Source: an uncultured Acidobacteriaceae bacterium | GTDB taxonomy: Bacteria; Acidobacteriota; Terriglobia; Bryobacterales; Bryobacteraceae | DNA: 64,000 bases | Reading direction: 5' to 3' | Assembly: GCA_963845995.1 (NCBI GenBank) | Contig: CAWJUO010000028.1 | Location: forward strand, 46,405-110,404 | In this document: positions 59,735 through 64,000 of the stretch, one piece after another | How positions within the stretch are numbered: the stretch's first letter is position 1 | Layout: every line of letters begins with the position of its first letter | Notes under the pieces: model-generated | Databases searched by the model: none | What the model was told of the DNA's origin: nothing | The model's input: the letters and a program-made list of their open reading frames with translations, nothing else | Made by a program: the position numbers and the translations under genes

Positions 59735-62176
59735 TTACTCGTACCTGAGGGCCGTGACCGGATTTATTTTCATTGCTCTCCGCGCGGGCAAATAGCTGGC
59801 GAACAGAGCGACGGCGGCCAACAAAACAGAAGCGCTTATAAGTGTTAGCGGATCGGTTGGCGAAATTTCATAGAGGTAACCAGCCATCACGCGGCTGAGG
59901 GCCAACGCCGCGATCAACCCGATACCGACTCCGAACGCCGTCACTTGAAGCGCTTCGCTCAAAATCAACCGCAGAACATCGCCTCGGCTTGCGCCTAATG
60001 CCAGGCGAATTGCCATTTCCTGTGTTCGCCGGCTAACCGTGTACGACATCACGCCGAAGATTCCGATCGCCGAAAGGACAAGGGCGAGCGCCGCAAAAAT
60101 CCATAACAGCATCATGGGGAAACGTATCGAGCCATAGGTCTGCGAGACGATGTCGCTCATGCTTTTGATGTCGTTCAGCGGTTGTTCTTTGTCGAGTGCG
60201 AGCACCTGGGCCCGCACACTCGCGACAGCACTCGCCATCGCTCCCTCACTCTTCACAACCAGCATTACGGAAGAGACGGGATGCTGCTCAAAAGGCACGT
60301 AGACATCGGCTTCAGGAGTCCAGAGACTCTCGTTTCTTACGTCCTTCACCACGCCAACGATCTCGAGGGGTTGTGCCGTGCCCGCGCTCTGACCTGAATA
60401 GACATGCGACAGAAGCGTGAGATGACTGCCCACCGGGTTCGAATGCGGCCAGTAATGCCGGGCCGCGGTCTCACTGATAATTGCAACTTGCTTCGCGCCC
60501 GCCCCATCATGCGCCGAGAACTCGCGGCCTTCCATCAAATGCACTCCCATGGTTTTGAAAAAATAAGGCGTGACGATTTTGTAGGACGCGGTCGGCTCTT
60601 GTCCGGGTAATGCGGCAGGCTGCCCCTGCGGCTGGAAGAATACGTTGGAACCGCCGCCTTCCGCTCCGGCGCTCTTGATACCAGGCGCGGTATTGAGATT
60701 TTCAAACAATTCCCGGTAGAAGACCGCTTGCTTCTCCGCCGATGGATACTTGTAATCCGGAAGGCTGATGCCCATGGTCATCACATTCGCCGGATCGATG
60801 CCGAGGTCAATATCGGCTAATTGAACGAACGTCCGCACGAGCAGGCCCGCACCGGTTAACAGAACCAGCGCGAGCGATATCTCGGCAATCACAAGAGCAT
60901 TGCGCAGACGGCGGCGTCCCGAATCGGTGGTCGTGCTCGTTCCGCCTTCTTTCAGGGCTTCATTGCAATCGACCTTCGTCGTGATCCATGCGGGCGCGAG
61001 GCCGAAGATCACTCCGGTCGCAACGGTGACCACAAGGCTGAACAGCAGCACACGCCAATCGATCTCAATTACGCTGGCATTCGGAAGGGTAAGATCGTAA
61101 CGCGTCATCGCAAACGTCAGCAGCCGGTCGCCCGCATAAGCCAGGACAAGCCCCAAGCCACCGCCGATGCCGGCAAGCAGCAGGCTTTCGGTAAGCAACT
61201 GTTTCATCAGTTGGCCCCTGCCAGCGCCGATGGCGACTCGGATGGCGACCTCACGTCTACGGCCGGTGGCGCGCGCCAGAAGGATGTTGGCCACATTAGC
61301 GCAAGCGATCAGCAACACAAACAGCACCGCGCTCAGCATGATTAGCAAGGGCGTTTGCATATGGCGGTGATAGGCGGCGTGCAGAGGCTCTACTTTGAAG
61401 CCCCAGCCTTGATCGGCGATTGGATATTGCTTGCCCAGATTTGCCGCCAACACATTCATCGCCGCCTGGGCTTGCGCGAGGCTGACTCCGGCCTTCAGCC
61501 TGGCTTGCGCCTGCAGATCGCGGGATGTGCCTCGGCCAATCTCACTGCGCTCTTCCGGCGAGAGCACCAGGGGTGTAAAGACGTCGATTTCCTGGTCCCA
61601 GGTGAACCGGAACGAAGCGGGCATGACGCCTACGACGGTGTAACGCCTTTCATCTAAATCGATGGTCTTGCCGAGAATGCCGGGGTCTGAACCGTACCGC
61701 ATTTGCCAGAGGCGATGCCCAATCACCGCGACCTGATCGCGCCCCGCATTCATCTCGGCAGGGAGAAGATAGCGGCCCAACTGCGGCGCTACCCCGAACA
61801 TGGGCAGCAGTTCAGCGGATGCTTTGATTGCGCGCAGTCTCTCCGGGCGGCTCCCCTCGGTAAGGTTCAATCCCGCCCAGCGATAGTATGCGACGTACTG
61901 AAAGACGCCCGATTTCGCGATGTCATCCAGATTAGGAGCGGAGACGCCGGTTTGAATATAGCCTTGGCCCTGTTGATTACGCCACTGGCCAAGTCCGACG
62001 AGCTGCTCTGGGTTCGGATAGGGTAGGGGACGTAGGATGACTGCATCCACCAGACTGAAAATCGAGGAGTTGAATCCGATGCCCAGTGCCAGCGTCAGCA
62101 CGGCGACTGACGCGTAGCCCGGATTCTTCATCAACACGCGGCAGCCGTAGATAAGATCCTGCAGTATCGTTCCCAT
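59735..62176 (-). CDS. ADOP-family duplicated MacB/FtsX-like permease (813 aa)
   Basis: Two MacB_PCD+FtsX modules: 'LLIACANVANILLARATGRRREVAIRVAIGAGRGQL' and 'GVMSYTVSRRTQEMAIRLALGASRGDVLRL'. Confidence 0.9.
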   Translation of the reverse strand: MGTILQDLIYGCRVLMKNPGYASVAVLTLALGIGFNSSIFSLVDAVILRPLPYPNPEQLVGLGQWRNQQGQGYIQTGVSAPNLDDIAKSGVFQYVAYYRWAGLNLTEGSRPERLRAIKASAELLPMFGVAPQLGRYLLPAEMNAGRDQVAVIGHRLWQMRYGSDPGILGKTIDLDERRYTVVGVMPASFRFTWDQEIDVFTPLVLSPEERSEIGRGTSRDLQAQARLKAGVSLAQAQAAMNVLAANLGKQYPIADQGWGFKVEPLHAAYHRHMQTPLLIMLSAVLFVLLIACANVANILLARATGRRREVAIRVAIGAGRGQLMKQLLTESLLLAGIGGGLGLVLAYAGDRLLTFAMTRYDLTLPNASVIEIDWRVLLFSLVVTVATGVIFGLAPAWITTKVDCNEALKEGGTSTTTDSGRRRLRNALVIAEISLALVLLTGAGLLVRTFVQLADIDLGIDPANVMTMGISLPDYKYPSAEKQAVFYRELFENLNTAPGIKSAGAEGGGSNVFFQPQGQPAALPGQEPTASYKIVTPYFFKTMGVHLMEGREFSAHDGAGAKQVAIISETAARHYWPHSNPVGSHLTLLSHVYSGQSAGTAQPLEIVGVVKDVRNESLWTPEADVYVPFEQHPVSSVMLVVKSEGAMASAVASVRAQVLALDKEQPLNDIKSMSDIVSQTYGSIRFPMMLLWIFAALALVLSAIGIFGVMSYTVSRRTQEMAIRLALGASRGDVLRLILSEALQVTAFGVGIGLIAALALSRVMAGYLYEISPTDPLTLISASVLLAAVALFASYLPARRAMKINPVTALRYE

Positions 62177-62211
62177 GGCGCGGCAACTGCCTTATTGTAT
62201 GCTCATCAGTC

Positions 62212-63495
62212 ATGCGGTCTTCACTTCTCGTGTTTCTGATTGTCTGCACTGCGTACGGCGCGCAAAACACCACTTACGTTCTGAAAGCCGCTCGTCTTTT
62301 CGACGGCACATCCGACCGTCTGATTGAGCCGGGAGTCATTGTTATCTCGGGAAATAAGATCGCCTCCGTCGGAGGGCAGATTCCATCTGGCGCAACCGTG
62401 CTCGATCTCGGAGACGCCACGCTGCTGCCCGGCTTCATCGACTCTCACACGCATCTCAGCTACGATTTCGATCCCGACTACAACGGAGCACGTTTGAAAG
62501 CGCTCGATCTCACGACGGCGGAACAGGCAATCGATGCAACGGTGAACGCCCGCAAGACTCTGATGGCTGGGTTCACAACCGTTCGCGATGTCGGCTCGAA
62601 CGACTTCGTTGACGTGGGCCTTCGGAATGCGATCAACAGCGGCGTGGTACCCGGTCCGCGAATGTTGGTTTCCGTTCACGCCATTGGAGCGACTGGGGGC
62701 CATTGCGACGATGGAGCGGGATTCAAGTTTGGATTGCTGAATCATGAATCCGGTCCCGAAGATGGCGTCGTCAATTCGCCGGACCAGGCCCGCTTCGCCG
62801 TTCGCTTCAATATCAAATACGGAGCCGACGTGATCAAGACCTGTGCCACGGGCGGGGTCCTTTCACTTACCGATGCGGTGGATACACCGCAATTGACGCA
62901 AGCTGAACTCGACGCTCTGGTTGCCGCCGCGCACGACCTTGGACGCAAAACCGCGGCGCACGCCCACGGAGCTGAGGGAGCCAAACGAGCCATTCGCGCC
63001 GGAATCGATTCGGTCGAGCACGGAACATTTCTCGACGACGAAGGCTTGCGCATGATGCGAGAGCGCGGAACCTATCTCGTCCCGACACTCTCCGTTCGCA
63101 GCGGCATCAATGAATCGAAATTCCCGCCTTTGGTGCAGCAAAAGGCCGACGTCGCACTGAAGGCACAGGATAGCTTGATGCGCCGGGCGCTTGCCATGGG
63201 AGTCAAGATCGCGCTGGGAACCGATGCGGCTGTTTACCCGCATGGCAACAATGCGCTGGAATTTGTGCTGATGGCGAACGATGGAATGACACCGGCACAA
63301 TCCCTGCGTGCGGGAACCTCCGTTGCCGCCAATCTCCTTGGATTGCAGAACAAGATCGGCACACTCGAACCTGGCAAGCTCGCCGACATCGTCGCGGTCC
63401 CCGCCAATCCCCTAAGCGACATCAAGGTAACGCAAAGCGTTTTCTTCGTCATGAAAGAAGGCACTGTTTATCGGAACGATAAAGCGATACATTGA
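62212..63495 (+). CDS. Secreted amidohydrolase-family metallohydrolase
   Basis: Signal peptide and 'LLPGFIDSHTHL' (HxH metal site). 'AAHAHG', 'VEHG' and 'LGTDA' are conserved amidohydrolase motifs. Confidence 0.88.
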   Translation: MRSSLLVFLIVCTAYGAQNTTYVLKAARLFDGTSDRLIEPGVIVISGNKIASVGGQIPSGATVLDLGDATLLPGFIDSHTHLSYDFDPDYNGARLKALDLTTAEQAIDATVNARKTLMAGFTTVRDVGSNDFVDVGLRNAINSGVVPGPRMLVSVHAIGATGGHCDDGAGFKFGLLNHESGPEDGVVNSPDQARFAVRFNIKYGADVIKTCATGGVLSLTDAVDTPQLTQAELDALVAAAHDLGRKTAAHAHGAEGAKRAIRAGIDSVEHGTFLDDEGLRMMRERGTYLVPTLSVRSGINESKFPPLVQQKADVALKAQDSLMRRALAMGVKIALGTDAAVYPHGNNALEFVLMANDGMTPAQSLRAGTSVAANLLGLQNKIGTLEPGKLADIVAVPANPLSDIKVTQSVFFVMKEGTVYRNDKAIH

Positions 63496-63523
63496 GAGCA
63501 GTTTGAAGGGAGAACTCAAACCT

Positions 63524-63823
63524 ATGGCAACGAAGAAGAAGTCCTCTTCGGGAACTAGTCCCAAATCGAAGCGGATTGTTAAGAAGAAGATGGAAACGAC
63601 GATGCACGAGTTCAAGCATCACGAACTCGAGTCGGGCCGCAGCGGAAAGAAAGTGAAGAACCCGAAACAGGCCATCGCCATCGGGTTAAGCGAAGCACGG
63701 AGAGCGGGCGCGGACGTTCCGCCCCCGCCCAAGAAAAAGTCAGCTTCGAAGAAGCGGGCTACGAAGAAGACGGCGGCAAAGAAAACGGCAACAAAGAAGA
63801 AGGCTACTAAGAAGAGCCGTTAA
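63524..63823 (+). CDS. DUF6496-like small protein with Lys/Ala-rich histone-H1-like tail
   Basis: 'METTMHEFKHHELESGRSGKKVKNPKQAIAIGLSEARRAG' then 'KKKSASKKRATKKTAAKKTATKKKATKK'. Confidence 0.6.
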   Translation: MATKKKSSSGTSPKSKRIVKKKMETTMHEFKHHELESGRSGKKVKNPKQAIAIGLSEARRAGADVPPPPKKKSASKKRATKKTAAKKTATKKKATKKSR

Positions 63824-64000
63824 AGAGTGTAGTATTCGTAGACACTCTTCCACGTAAACTCAGCGCCAGGCTCAACCGCGACTGAAATGAACGGTTCGAC
63901 CGCGACGACCGTGCGAATAGACCACAGGTTCTCACTGAGTAGCGGTCGATCCGATTCGACTTTCATGCCCGCGCCGAGTTTTTGTTTTCGATGCGAATCT
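63820..64000 (-). CDS. 3' end of an unidentified gene running off the window
   Basis: Own translation of the minus strand: '...KLGAGMKVESDRPLLSENLWSIRTVVAVEPFISVAVEPGAEFTWKSVYEYYTL*'. The TAA overlaps the convergent stop at 63821-63823. The family is not determined. Confidence 0.35.
   Translation of the reverse strand, partial: DSHRKQKLGAGMKVESDRPLLSENLWSIRTVVAVEPFISVAVEPGAEFTWKSVYEYYTL

Overview
GC-rich bacterial chromosomal window of about 60 genes. No rRNA, tRNA, CRISPR array, transposase or integrase was recognised by eye. Gene content suggests an Acidobacteriota-type genome (inference): PadR-linked ADOP/MacB-like permeases, a CarboxypepD_reg-type TonB-dependent receptor, and alternative complex III next to a caa3 oxidase. 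Layout: (1) 1-7.7 kb holds a permease, PadR, a Gly-rich secreted repeat protein, a broken Tat-exported hydrolase-like gene, a beta-propeller plus cytochrome c, and a DUF2178/XRE pair. (2) 8.1-14.1 kb is a ~6-kb accessory island flanked by a decayed direct duplication of the XRE-hypothetical-SirB1 region. It carries a lasso-type RiPP cassette: candidate precursor, PqqD/RRE, B2 peptidase, HPr-kinase-like kinase, JmjC oxygenase, sulfotransferase and nucleotidyltransferase. No lasso cyclase is present. A DUF433/DUF5615 pair sits at the island edge. (3) 16-18.6 kb holds a UdgX-DUF4130 gene plus a radical SAM DNA-metabolism gene. (4) 18.6-21.1 kb holds two MacB-type permeases. (5) 21.1-38.5 kb is one co-directional minus-strand respiratory block: selenocysteine formate dehydrogenase (A, B, NrfD-like), ACIII actABCDEF, SCO1 and caa3 oxidase II/I/III/IV. 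(6) 38.6-64 kb holds mixed metabolic and envelope genes: hydrolases, an IorAB-like Mo-oxidoreductase, SDR, a P-loop NTPase + TPR pair, HPP, a cyt b-Mo enzyme fusion, CRTAC1-like, a TonB receptor, an esterase, a dihaem PQQ dehydrogenase, an ADOP permease and an amidohydrolase. Caveat: at least 14 single-base frameshifts interrupt otherwise intact conserved genes, including ctaD and ctaF. Where I could resolve the context they sit at short mononucleotide (often G) runs, so they look like assembly indel errors rather than gene decay. Coordinates include stop codons.
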